A stretch of 41,284 bases of DNA, taken from contig FLMG01002024.1 in assembly GCA_900088475.1 (NCBI GenBank), positions 1 to 41,284 on the forward strand. Reading direction: 5' to 3'. The DNA comes from Hyphochytrium catenoides. Its lineage: Eukaryota; Protista; Hyphochytriomycota. Positions 30,410 to 41,284 of this stretch are shown here, piece by piece (position 1 is the stretch's first letter; each line of letters begins with the position of its first letter). The notes under the pieces were generated by a model. The model saw only the letters and a program-made list of their open reading frames with translations, did no database searches and had not been told where the DNA came from. Made by a program: the position numbers and the translations under genes.

Positions 30410-30456
30410 AGAGGGAGCGAGAAAAGAGAGAGAGAGAGAGAGAGAGAGGGAGCGAG

Positions 30457-30495
<39 letters not shown>
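30410..30495. repeat. (GA)n microsatellite
   Basis: Two long GA runs upstream of the MAPK gene (CT on its sense strand). Confidence 0.95.
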
Positions 30496-30497
<2 letters not shown>

Positions 30498-31249
30498 GAG
30501 ACATTCAGATGCTCATGTAGAAAGATGAGTGAAGGGAGCTCCTGAAGTAAGAAGGGCTCGTTAGAGCATGAAACCCTATGAAAGTGGCCCAGAACTGTTG
30601 TCTTTGTAGGAGTATTGGGTCACTTCTGGGGAAACCTTAGGCACTAGCAAACAAGAACCCATTCAGTCCCAAAACAATTTTGTCCCAAGAATACCCCTGG
30701 AGCCTGCACTGACCCAACAGTGTCATCTTGCATCATGACTATCGTCTTACATTTGGAATAACACTTCTATATGTTTGGGACAAGCATGTTCTTGCTGGGT
30801 TGCTCTGGAATAACGCCAACATCTAGGAACTGAATAGTGATAATCATCCAACCCAGCATCAACCAGAAATCAACACCAACTTTTGTCGTTACCTGGGTCA
30901 TCAGTCATCAGTTCTAGTAAGATAGAAATAGCGACAACCAACCTTGCTACTGATAGAGAAGAGGTGCGGCCATCACAGAACTTTCATTCAGCGAATCGAC
31001 GCCTGGCTTGCTCTTCATCGCTTCGTCATCTTCGTCTTCTTCAGTTTTCTTACACCAGGCCTTTGACTAACAGGATAGTCTGTAACATAGAATACCTGCG
31101 GGCTTCTCTTCCTATTTTTGTCGGCAGCAGCTTGTCCTCTGTCCTCTGCGTACTACAATCAATGATAACAACCCATTATATCGTGCTAATAACGATAAAA
31201 ATCCTTTATTTCTCTTTACTGATCTCTCCCGTTTGACCCGTTCCACCTT

Positions 31250-32698
31250 TTAGAATGAAGACGGGACCAAAAGGCGGGCCATTCTACTTTTGTTGTGCTG
31301 ATGATATGCCCAATGGCTGTGACTTTCGTCGTGTAGTTCTAAGCTACCGACAGCGGCTCCATTTTCCCCTAAATCCAGTTGCTCGCTATCCCTTCGCCCC
31401 TTATTAGTTAAGTGTGTGAGCAAGCAGCATGTACTTTTTGCAGCTGAGGGGGCGATTGACTTCCTGAATGTTTGTGGGCACTCGGAGACATCAATCGACA
31501 AATAAATCCAGTCCAGCATGACCTCGAACGACCATTCGGCGGCCATAATCCGGATCGTGTAAAGCACCTGCTTCCGCCCTCAGATATCATCAGGTGACTA
31601 TTTGACCAGCCACGATCCAGAAAGTCATCAGCAGTATGCTGCTAACAAACTAGAGGTTAAACCAACATCTTCGCCATCCAAAATTTGAGATAATACATAC
31701 TCCTAGTTCTGGAAGTACGACGGTAAAGTAGAGCTACTATGGATGAGAAATGTACCTTGAGCAAGATAGAGGCAGCTTCTTTTATCACGCTATAACAAAA
31801 GATAAAAGGTCTTTTTTGCCCTCCATAAGAAGAAAATCTGCGTCGTCGTCTAGCTCTATAAGATGGGGAGCTGCTGTCTATAAAGCCCATCCAATGTACC
31901 ATCACCTTGTCAGGGACGTGTAGTTGCCGCATAAATATTTTAAGGTAGCAAATAACTACCTGAGGTTGCACTCCGTGCCCCGGATAACCGAACTCGACCA
32001 TCTTTAGGCACGTCTGCAGTGCAGAACTGGAGATTGTGAGGATAGCACGAGACTTCCAAGGTATGCGTCAATATCCTTGGGAAGCTCGCATGTCTTGATG
32101 CAGCTAGGTGACAAAGGGATCAATCTTTTGCGCTTGGCGATATCGCTAGACGCACGCTTCCGAAATTTGTTACCGCCCAACTCAAAGGAACCCATAGCCG
32201 GTGAGCTGGTGAGAGAGGATTCGCATTGTTTTCTCTTCCTTGCTACCGGAAGCTGTGCATGCCTTGGGAGGCTCTTTCCTTCTACGCCGTTCCCAGATCG
32301 GTGTAGAAGCTCCATCGGCATCAGAAGGTCTCCAGTGTGGACTATCAAGTTGGGCATCCTGTCTCTGAACGTCTTCATTCTTGAGTGGTTGTTCCTCATC
32401 ACAGCTAGACTGTTTGCTTTCGCGCCGACTTCCTCACTTGCGTCTTGGACCAAACCCGTTCTCGATGTCTCCGGAAGCAGATCCGGCTCTCCAAATATGA
32501 ACGGGCGCGATATTGATGAGTTAGCTGACCCAAACGGAGAGGCTCCATTGCTCAGTTGCTTCCCCATCTTACAATTCAGCGCTGAAACATCCAACGGTGG
32601 GACTGGTTTGTGGCTGTCGGTAGAAGGGCCAAGGTGGACAGGAGATGGCGCTGGCGGTGGAGGACAGGTAATCGCTGGACTAAAGTGCGGGACCATGC
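31250..32698 (-). CDS. Hypothetical multi-exon protein, model uncertain
   Basis: Long Pro/Ser-rich open frame (ATG near 32698, MVPHFSPAITCPPPP...; basic RKRK/KRKR patches) followed by short protein-like segments (VIKEAASILLK, EYVLSQILDGEDV, VLYTIRIMAAEWSFEV) bounded by plausible GT/AG sites. No family recognised. Confidence 0.4.
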
Positions 32699-35600
32699 CA
32701 GCGGGACAGGTAAACAGCCTCCCAAGAGAGAATTGCACTAAATCAAAGTCGGAACTATTCGGGCAGCTCAACAAGGTCCACTCGGTAGCCTTTGCTCAGT
32801 AGAGAGGGTCTGACGTAAACAGTTGCTCTTGTTGGTGGAGGACGTTCCTGGTTCTTGCTTCCAGCCACCTTTTCCGTTTGACCGCTGCTCTTTCCAAAGC
32901 AAGTCTCCTCTCGAGCGCGCCAACTAACGTACCTCTTCGATGAGCAATGTTATCCCGACCAGCAGCAAGAATGAGGAAAGGTAGAACTCTACGAGCAGAG
33001 TGCAATAGCGAAGCTGGTAGACCGTAAAACAAGCCTGGTTATTATAGAACTAATAGACTGAGGCGCATAGAGAGAGGAGCAGTTTTGCCGCTGCTTCTTT
33101 GACTGGCCGACTAAGATGAGTTCTGCGCTTCAATGACTGTTAGTCCCTGGCCAGGCCAGTCGGACGGACAGTACACTGGGAACTAGTGGCAACCGTTGAG
33201 CATGAAGGCTTTTTATCTGCAACTTGACCTCTTCGAGTCCAAGGCGCTGTGTAAATGTATGGAGATTGAGAGGTTATGACTCCTCGTGCGATGTGCGACA
33301 GAAGATATTACTACTGCGGAAGTGTGGTGCTTAGACGGTAATTTGGAGACAAAGGGTCATCATATTACTACTGGAAGTTTCTGTGAGGTGGCTGTGTGGG
33401 GGCCAGATGGTCATTACCTCTTCAAGCTCCCATTTACCCTCTATTTGGAATAATGAAGGAGAAACCGTTGCTATCACCAATTACTATAGGGCTTATTCCC
33501 TATTTGTCGTGGTGATCGTTAGTGTAAGAAAGCGTGAGCCGTCTTACTACGCCTAGCCTCATGGCTTAGCTATAGAGTTTATAAGGGTCTTATCCCATCT
33601 AGCTCCTGCCCTATTACTACAAATCGATTGAACCAAACAGAATCTCCATGAGGATGGGTGGGACGGTGAGAGATGGTTATAAAGGTACTCAACAGAGCCA
33701 AATTAGGTGGGTGGGGCGCAACCGTTATTTTCATTGTGTTGTCTTGCAAAGACTGAGGATTTTGTGGATACGTCGCGGTGTCGAGACAGAGTCATCGATT
33801 AGACACGATAGAAACTGAAGGAGACGCCTAAGTGACACAGGAGGAAAGCTGCCCCACAAGACAGAGAGACAGAGGAATGGAGAGAGCTGACCACATGATG
33901 GGACGGGAGCCATCATTCCTCACATACTGGAGACTGGAGACTACTCATCAGACAAGTGACGAAGGGAAGTTGCTGGAGTCCGAGCAGCTACCTAGACGTG
34001 GATGTAGACCGTGTCCAACGTACCCTACTAGCAGCGTCAGGAGTCAGGAGGAGGAGATCGAGGGCGGGCTAGCGAAGGTCTGGCAGAGGGGAAAATGGGG
34101 GGAAAAAAATCGAGGATTTCTCGGACAGTGATCAATAGAAGAACTACTGCAGCAAAGGAAGAAGAAGTTTCATCAGGAGGTGGCTGACGGACTGAAGGAG
34201 GCTATCTTTTTCCCGCCAAAAACGATCGCGAAAGGTCACACAACATAATATCACCACCGCTGGTGCAGCACCCCGGCAGCTAGCAGCAGCAGCAGTGTGG
34301 CCGAGCGATCAACTTGTACCTCCTACTGGGGATCCATAGGTAACCCCGATGATGATGAGGAGAAGTCCTGGCACTTTGTCACTACTACTAGTCAATCCAC
34401 CAAACTGCGCCTGGCTCTTGGCATTGAAAAGCCAATCCTCCGACAAACTCGTCCGTAAGTGACACACTCGTTTCACGGCATCCTCTTCTCCACTAGAAAG
34501 AGCAGTTGTTCGTAAGTCAGATCGTCATATTATTGCTCCTGTTCTCGTCAAAATTCTTGTATGATGTTAGCTTATGTTAGCGACGTCAGACCGAAGATGT
34601 CAATCATCATGAATGTTCATTCTTTACACTACCTTTTCTTCTTCGGTCATCAGCGACGTCTGTCTCAGCAGACCCAAAGAAGAAGCAGGGGTCGTTGGTG
34701 CGACGGTTGCGACAGAACCCTTCATCTACTACTTCATTGGTGGCTCTTGATGCTGCTGGGAGCTGGCGCTACTGCCGCTGCCTACCTGGTGTTGGCCTAC
34801 CTACCTGGTGTTGGTGGTGTAAGAGGAGATGATGATGCGGTAGTAACGATGGACTGGGATAGAGCAACGGCAGAAAAAAGGAGGATGTTCGGTGGTGGTC
34901 GAGTTCCGCCTAAGTAGGGACAGGAGGAGGTCTCCCTCTTCCCCACCGTCACGTGGGATTGCAATTCTTCTGTTGCCCTACTAGTAGTAGCTGGCTGGCT
35001 GTTCTCAATTTCTATTTCACACAAGTTTTTTTTTGACCTGATCGCTACCATAACGGGTCGGTGCTTTCTACTCATAACATAAGGGCGCTGGCCACCACCC
35101 TGCCAAGAAAAACAGCAAGCGAGGTGAGTCGCCTTGGCAACCCCGACCTTCCTTCTTCTTGTCATCACAAGAGGGTTTTTAATAACCTTAGCTCTCACCT
35201 TCACGACGTCGTGAAAGACGAGCACAGAGATTTACTGCTGTTGATCATCGATCGTGCAGCAATAAAAAGCCATCATATCTTCTTCATTCATTGTGCTATT
35301 CAGAATCTCGTGTCGTGCTGGACTAGGAGTCGATCAAGCTCAGTTTGCCATTAGTAGTTCATATTATCACCACCAAGATCAGAAGTACGGCATCTACTCT
35401 AAATAGTTAGATGAAAAGTGACATTCGTGTGACATCATAACCATCGCTGTGTGGAATGTGTCTGAGGTCAAGGTGAAAAATCAATTATTGATGAAGGTAC
35501 ACCTAGAGGTACTAGTAAGGAGCTACTGATATGTAAGACGTGCTCCGTAGAATTGCAATGACGTTGATTCTTGCGTTCTGAATGATCCCACCCTCTGCGT

Positions 35601-35791
35601 TACTATCACCGCACCGCTGATGACGCAGGTCGTTAGACTGCATGAGGATGGCAAAGAATAGCGAGCTAGCAGTCGTGTCGGGCGTGTCCTGCAATGCCTT
35701 GCTTTAGATTCTCCCCCGTGACTGATGAACAGCGCTTCAATAATTGTGAAGGAGATTCACGTGTCGAGCTACAGACGCGCGGACGGACTAA

Positions 35792-37621
35792 TCAAAGGGC
35801 ACCAAGATCGGCTCGGATTCCGCGAAATTTTTCCCGGATGTAGTCCTTAAGCGCAGTGGACAGGCCATTCTCAGGGTTAAAGTGCGCCAAGTGAGCCCGG
35901 TCACAGGTTGAACCTACTTCACTACCCCCCTTGCAGCCCTGAGCGGAGACGAACCGAAGACAGAGTTGTTTGCCATCCTTCTTTGGTACGTCGCGACTGA
36001 TATTCGCCAAAGTCATGCTGCTCGCCAACCGGCTGTTCTTCCCACCACGTTCAGCCCGCGGTGATGATGAAGAACCTGATTTGTCTGAATGGAGACGATC
36101 GCCAGAAGAGGGCGAGTTCCTGGGACGCTTATTGTGGTCATGATGGCCATGGCCAGCGCTGTCCTCGTCGCGGTAGTACGTCTTTGTTGCTGCATCCTCG
36201 GTAACCACCTCAAGTTGAGCCTTTCTCTTGTGTTTCCGGTGATCCGATTCGTCGGGCGGCGAGTTCATATGGTGGACAAGCCCAGTGGACAATGGTGCAC
36301 TGGCAGACTTTTCTCTTCGGCGACGATCAGTAGGAGACATTGACCGTTCTCTCTGCCGTTGATAGTCCCGGTCGTCTCCTTCTTCATGCTCACTAGACAA
36401 GGAGCGTTCCCGCCGATGTCGATGCTCCTCTTTGAGCTTGTTGGCACTGGCGATCATTGCCGCCAGCGTTGGCTCCTTCCTGGAGAATAGCCTGATAACT
36501 TCAGCAGCAGCAGCTGGCAAGCCGCTGAGGGCGGAAATAGGTGTCTGCGCGACGACCCGTTGCCACTGCTCAAATACTGAGTCAAGCCACGTCACAAATC
36601 CCATTAGAAAGGTGGCATCTGTGGGCATAGAGTGGGTTTCTTCCATGCAGAAGTCGTACGCTGCATTGGTAATGGAGCTCGTTGCCTCCGAGTAGAAGTC
36701 ATTGGCAAACAGGTACAAGGAGTGCAACGCCCAGACAATGTCTGCCATGCTCCGGGGTTCCGTGTATGGAGGAAGCTTCGCACCTCTAGAAAAGTCTGCC
36801 ATACTGATGCCATGAGGGTTGCGAGTAGGTATCCGATTAACAGGGATGAAGTGCATAATCGATAGGCCTCGTACACCAAAGCCGAACTCATAGGCCCGCA
36901 TCAGAAGAGCTGGAAAAGGCTGGAAGCGGACATTTTCGTCATTCTGCACACTTTCTAGGAGGGCGTCTGCACAAGAGTATTTTCCATCATGCTTTGGGCT
37001 CTTAATCTTGTTGTACATCTCTTTCTGATAGGGCGAAGGCAGAAAAGAGAACTCATCTGCGGGCAAAAGAGCAGAAGCAGCAGCAGCTGCTTGCTGTTGT
37101 TGTTGCTGCTGAGCCGCTCTAAGTGCTGAGGAGAGAGCTGAACTGCCAGCAGATAAAAAGTCCGGGTTGTTGGGAGCTCCGACTACGTTGCTGTTGCCGC
37201 TGGAAGAATTTGTCGTTGTAGGTGACAATAAGATGCCGTGACTCTGAGATTCCGCAGTACGGTCCCGCATAAGAAAAGAGGTGCGCGCAAAGAGGTCGTC
37301 TATCCGTTCCTGCATCTGGCTAGTCTGAGCTTGAAATGCTTGTTGAAAAGTGAGGAGCGTAATGCGGAACTCGTTTTGCTGCTCTAGCAAACGCATTAGC
37401 AGATCGTTAGCTGCTGTGGTTGTGGCCAGAGGAATGCTTCTGACCGAGGGAGGAGGATGCTGCAGCCTGCCATGCTGATGACTGGCTATAGAGAGAGGAA
37501 GAAAAGGCAAAGAAGAAGAGGATGAGGACTGGTGAGTGGTATGTGGGCCGGCGGGAAATGAAGAAGAAGGTTGACGAGATTGAGCTGCCGCTGCAGCTTG
37601 GGACGATGGGGGCAACGCCAT
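35792..37621 (-). CDS. Intronless 609-aa protein with a low-complexity N-terminus and a C-terminal CCCH-like finger; possible retroelement gag-derived gene
   Basis: Uninterrupted ORF with poly-S/Q/A tracts, a short coiled coil, a globular core (FGFGVRGLSIMHF, DFSRGAKLP, WLDSVFEQW), RS-rich charged linker and GKQLCLRFVSAQGC...C...H..HF. The core motifs resemble repeated oomycete hypothetical proteins as I recall them; not verified. Confidence 0.75.
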   Translation of the reverse strand: MALPPSSQAAAAAQSRQPSSSFPAGPHTTHQSSSSSSLPFLPLSIASHQHGRLQHPPPSVRSIPLATTTAANDLLMRLLEQQNEFRITLLTFQQAFQAQTSQMQERIDDLFARTSFLMRDRTAESQSHGILLSPTTTNSSSGNSNVVGAPNNPDFLSAGSSALSSALRAAQQQQQQQAAAAASALLPADEFSFLPSPYQKEMYNKIKSPKHDGKYSCADALLESVQNDENVRFQPFPALLMRAYEFGFGVRGLSIMHFIPVNRIPTRNPHGISMADFSRGAKLPPYTEPRSMADIVWALHSLYLFANDFYSEATSSITNAAYDFCMEETHSMPTDATFLMGFVTWLDSVFEQWQRVVAQTPISALSGLPAAAAEVIRLFSRKEPTLAAMIASANKLKEEHRHRRERSLSSEHEEGDDRDYQRQRERSMSPTDRRRREKSASAPLSTGLVHHMNSPPDESDHRKHKRKAQLEVVTEDAATKTYYRDEDSAGHGHHDHNKRPRNSPSSGDRLHSDKSGSSSSPRAERGGKNSRLASSMTLANISRDVPKKDGKQLCLRFVSAQGCKGGSEVGSTCDRAHLAHFNPENGLSTALKDYIREKFRGIRADLGAL

Positions 37622-40600
37622 GGCGCTGGGGAGCCCGCCGCTTGCAATAGCGCGATACTGGGTTTATGCTAGCAATAATAACTGCTTGGTGTTGGGTGGC
37701 AGCAGGGAGCCATTCACACAATCTACCGGTCCTATTGGTAGAAATAGCAAACCAAAGAATGGCCCGACAATAGGTGCCCTGCAGAAGAGCCCAACTGAAC
37801 GTAGCTGAAAGCGAGAGAAAAAGGCATTAGTATTGGTGGGGCCACTGAAGAAAGTTCCAAGCTATAGTAGCAGGTTAGAAGGTTAGCCAAGCTAGAGTGC
37901 AGCGGAGTAGCAGCAATTCGAAGCCTTCCGATTGCTCCTTGTTGATCTCTCTCTTTCTTATGAAGTTTTCTTTAAGGGGAGCATTTGTGCAAGGGCTAGT
38001 GCCTTATTGCGGAAGTGGGGCAGAGGGGATATAGTTGAATGGCAGTAAATGTGTTGCCAGGAGGGCGACGTCATAAGGCACAGCTTGATCCTCGAGCGAG
38101 GAACAGGGGAGGTGGAGACCATGGCAGTTGAGGAATCGTAGTACTAGGGGTGATCTAAGGCAAAGAGAGACCCAAAAGTGGTACGGCTCCCGTGGCGACC
38201 AGCGACCCCGACGACAATAGTTGGCGCTAGCTGTTTGCTAGAATGCCAGTAGCAAGCGGGGTCATGATGATGATGGTCACAGAGGTAGCACGGCAAATAG
38301 ACTACAAGAAGGTGCGGGAATGTCCCTGTGGTCGTGGTGGTAACTACTAAGGGCAAGGCAGTAGAGCGAACGACCACGACTGCGCAGAAGAGGACGCCCC
38401 ACCACCAGTTTGCCGCATCAGTTGAGCAGGAATAATGAAGACAACAAAGGAAGGAGCAGGATCACTGTCCGTGCCGGTAGTAGTCAAAAGATAGCTTACC
38501 TACTATCTAACTGCTGAGTCTTTCTACCGAAGGATCAGCGTCTGAGGCTAATGAGAAGGACCTCATTAGCAGTGGCGACAACAACCTAAGGGTGAGCCCC
38601 CGTCACAGCCTTTGTCTGAGACGCTGCCTCTTCCAGAAGAAGTACGTCCAATCGTAGACGACGTGGTGCCCTCCTCCTCCTTCACTTCTCCGTTGCCGCC
38701 GCTGCCCCTACTACCTCTATCGACGACGACAGTCACAACTTTTATAAGTTTAAGCTTCAGCAGTCAGATGGATGACTTCTCATCGACCATCTCCTCTGAC
38801 CTGCTTGCTTTGCTTTGCCAGGGGCTGGTGCTGTTTTCTGACTGCTGTTGGCTGATGGCTTTGGAAGTAGCATCATCATTGTTTAGTAGGAAGAACACTG
38901 CTCGCTGATGGCTTGATGGCTGCTGGATGAAGGATCAGAACCCAAACAGTAGGTACACGAGCGCTTATCGGGAATACTAAAGTCCGATGGCTTCTTATGT
39001 CACCTGTCTGTATTTGGGGGTACAACTCCCTACCTTAATGTAAGCCAATAGTATACACCACATGGTCTCTAACAGGGAGTACGCACATGAAGAAGTTGCA
39101 AGGGCAGATTCGTGATGATATGTAGCAGAATATGGAATAGGAAACAACTTGTACCACCGAAATGACAGAGCCTTCCTCGTCAAGGCACACACACCATGAC
39201 GGTGGTCGTACGCACAGTACCTCAAGATCTGTTGACAAACTCCAAACCTGGTCGCTGAGCCCTCAGCTGTCCCTCATGATGATGATGATGACACATGATG
39301 AAGGAGGAGGAGGAGAAGAAGAAGGGAAAAGTATAGTGATGATGGCTTTCTTCTTCCATCGTCGATGCTGCTGCGTCTTCTTTCTTCTTCTTCTTTACAT
39401 AGTTTCCTGATGGTAACACTACTGTCTAATCATCATCCTCCGTCCTGCCAAGCCTAGTTGACCCTTCTCCTTCGTCTGATCGCTCAATGATGATGATAGA
39501 TGATTGTGATGTCATCATCGATGTCCTCATCACGACCACCGACGACCTGTTGAAGTGGGAAGCAGTGGCCAGCCGTCTTTTTTCAGCAGGGATGACCAGC
39601 AGACGACGACCGTCAGTAGGAGGAGGAATGCTGATGATTGATGACAGCTTCTGCTTGCGGCGGTTCTGCTCACGCTTTCCTCCCGCTTCATATTTTTTGC
39701 CAGAGTGAAGATATAGAAGTACTAGCTAACTCGCCGCGGCTTGTTGTCTTCTGCAAGCGCTTAATATGTCTTCTGGTGGTGGATAATAGCTAGATATAGA
39801 TATAAACCCCAGCCCTGAAGAAACTAACTATCGGATCAACACCAAGAAGAAGAACAGTTAGTAGGAGGACGAGTAGGAGGAGGAAAGGACAAAAGAAGGT
39901 CAAAATAGAGAAGAGTTTCTTCCTTTACATCGACTTCTTTAGCATCATCAGCCATCGTGATAGATAGCAGTACTCAACGACACGTGGGTATGACACTATT
40001 TAGGCGACCCAGACCCATGGCTCTTCTTCTACTAATTTTCCGACAGCACTATTATGAAGCCATCAACAAGGACTCGCGCCTTCTTGTTTAATAAAATGCC
40101 AAGGTGTACCTTACTTCGAAAGTAGTGGGGCACGATCTGCCGCTCCCTAAGAAGTGACTCTGAAAGACGTGAAAGGCAAGTCCGTGGGCATCGGGCGACA
40201 AGACAGAGTGAGACATAGACAGCAGCAGCAACACGAGAAGAGCGGTGACTACTGGTTAATGGGCCTACAATACGGGAAAGAGGAGACGAATATGTTGATA
40301 CGGTCCACCACCGGGAAGTTCATTCTCAAAGTAGGAGGGAGACGACACAGAAAAGTCAACGGTCCCGGTCCGAGTGTTTTAGCAGTGGAGGAGGCAACTA
40401 GAAGAAGGTAGCAACCAGAGTCACATGAACCGAGAAAGGGCGGATGTCTTGTCAGCTAGGAGGATACAGGAAGAAGGATGATGGGGAGAAATCAAGTAAA
40501 AGCACCCTGGAAGAACGAACGGAGAAAAAAGGTGATAACCACTGCCTCAAGTAGGGCCCCAGGACCCTTTCCAACCTGCTATTCCCCCGTCCAACCCACC

Positions 40601-41267
40601 TCTCCGCATTTTATCTCTGTCTCTATTACTGCTATTATGCGTCTTCTCCGCTACCGACAAAGCCTAGGAAGCGGCTCGCTGTTGTTAACTCTAGCTTGCT
40701 TCTTCAGAACAGGAGAAAGCGCCTCATCAACAAGAGAACATTAGGTATAAAGACAGAACAACCACCGACGACAAGCAGAGCCCATGATGACGATGTTGAT
40801 AATAACGGGAACCGAGTATGATAGAGCCGAGATGCTGCCACCACTTCTAACAACCTTCTCAAGATCTCCTTCATTATGCTGACAACAGCACCACAACCCC
40901 ATTGATCTTCGTCATATATATTATAATGACGGCCGCTGCTGCAGGTGTCATCAGCTCCATCCACCTCCTTCGTCGTCACCAAGAACCCTTTGTCTCGTCG
41001 TCGCTGCTGTCGATCGTGGGTTGCAATCCGGTCCACCGCTGCTAATAATCAGAGGTCGTCGGTCCTCGTAGTCCTTCGTTAGCTGCAGCTCCAGCAGCAG
41101 GGAGGAGAAGAGCTGATGATGATAATGATGGTGGTGGACAAGGTGGTGGATCTTGCTGCAGTGACAAGAGTTATTCTTCCTCTTCTTGTTGTTAGACCGA
41201 CCGTTACAGAAGATTTCTTAGAAGGGTGGTGCCACCCCTACCACGGCCTCTCTGTTTACTGTTGTAT

Positions 41268-41284
41268 TCTCTCTCTCTCTCTCT
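41268..41284. repeat. (CT)n microsatellite at window edge
   Basis: ctctct run truncated by the end of the window. Confidence 0.85.

Noticed and set aside
32796-32798. In-frame TGA between two minus-strand ORFs (selenocysteine or readthrough)
   Set aside because: No redox motif or evident SECIS. The upstream frame starts within a likely 5'-UTR intron (donor gtacgt near 32932).
32077-32802. 241-aa + strand ORF as an overlapping gene
   Set aside because: Non-ATG start, antisense to the minus-strand ORF, and no recognisable domain.
38995-39240. Reverse-transcriptase relic (YLGV motif on + strand)
   Set aside because: Only four residues amid multiple stops, with no YxDD or other RT motif.

Overview
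Gene-dense, intron-rich eukaryotic genomic DNA with GT-AG spliceosomal introns and many (CT)n/(GA)n microsatellites. The PH-domain MAP kinase and a 609-aa ORF resembling oomycete proteins suggest a stramenopile, probably oomycete-related (inference). Left to right: a degenerate ~250-295 bp tandem array (1-1130); an 8-exon coiled-coil gene (-); an intronless YciC/ZigA-type COG0523 metal-chaperone GTPase (-) head-to-head with a ZIP (Zrt/Irt) transporter (+); REI1/ZNF622 (+); a NIPA-type Mg transporter (-) head-to-head with glutathione synthetase (+); a 6-exon LAMTOR1/Ego1-like gene (+) that the ORF track misses; a large PH/NTF2-like/C2/MAPK(TEY)/WW gene (-); a poorly defined hypothetical gene (-); and a gene-poor, compositionally different right end with one intronless ORF ending in a CCCH-like finger. 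The best candidates for an undescribed system are (1) the divergent COG0523-ZIP zinc module, whose inferred compact bidirectional promoter is centred on a perfect 14-bp palindrome TGATAGCGCTATCA, and (2) the multi-domain MAPK with an NTF2/SnoaL-like domain lying tail-to-tail with LAMTOR1. Gene models were spliced by eye and no database searches were run.
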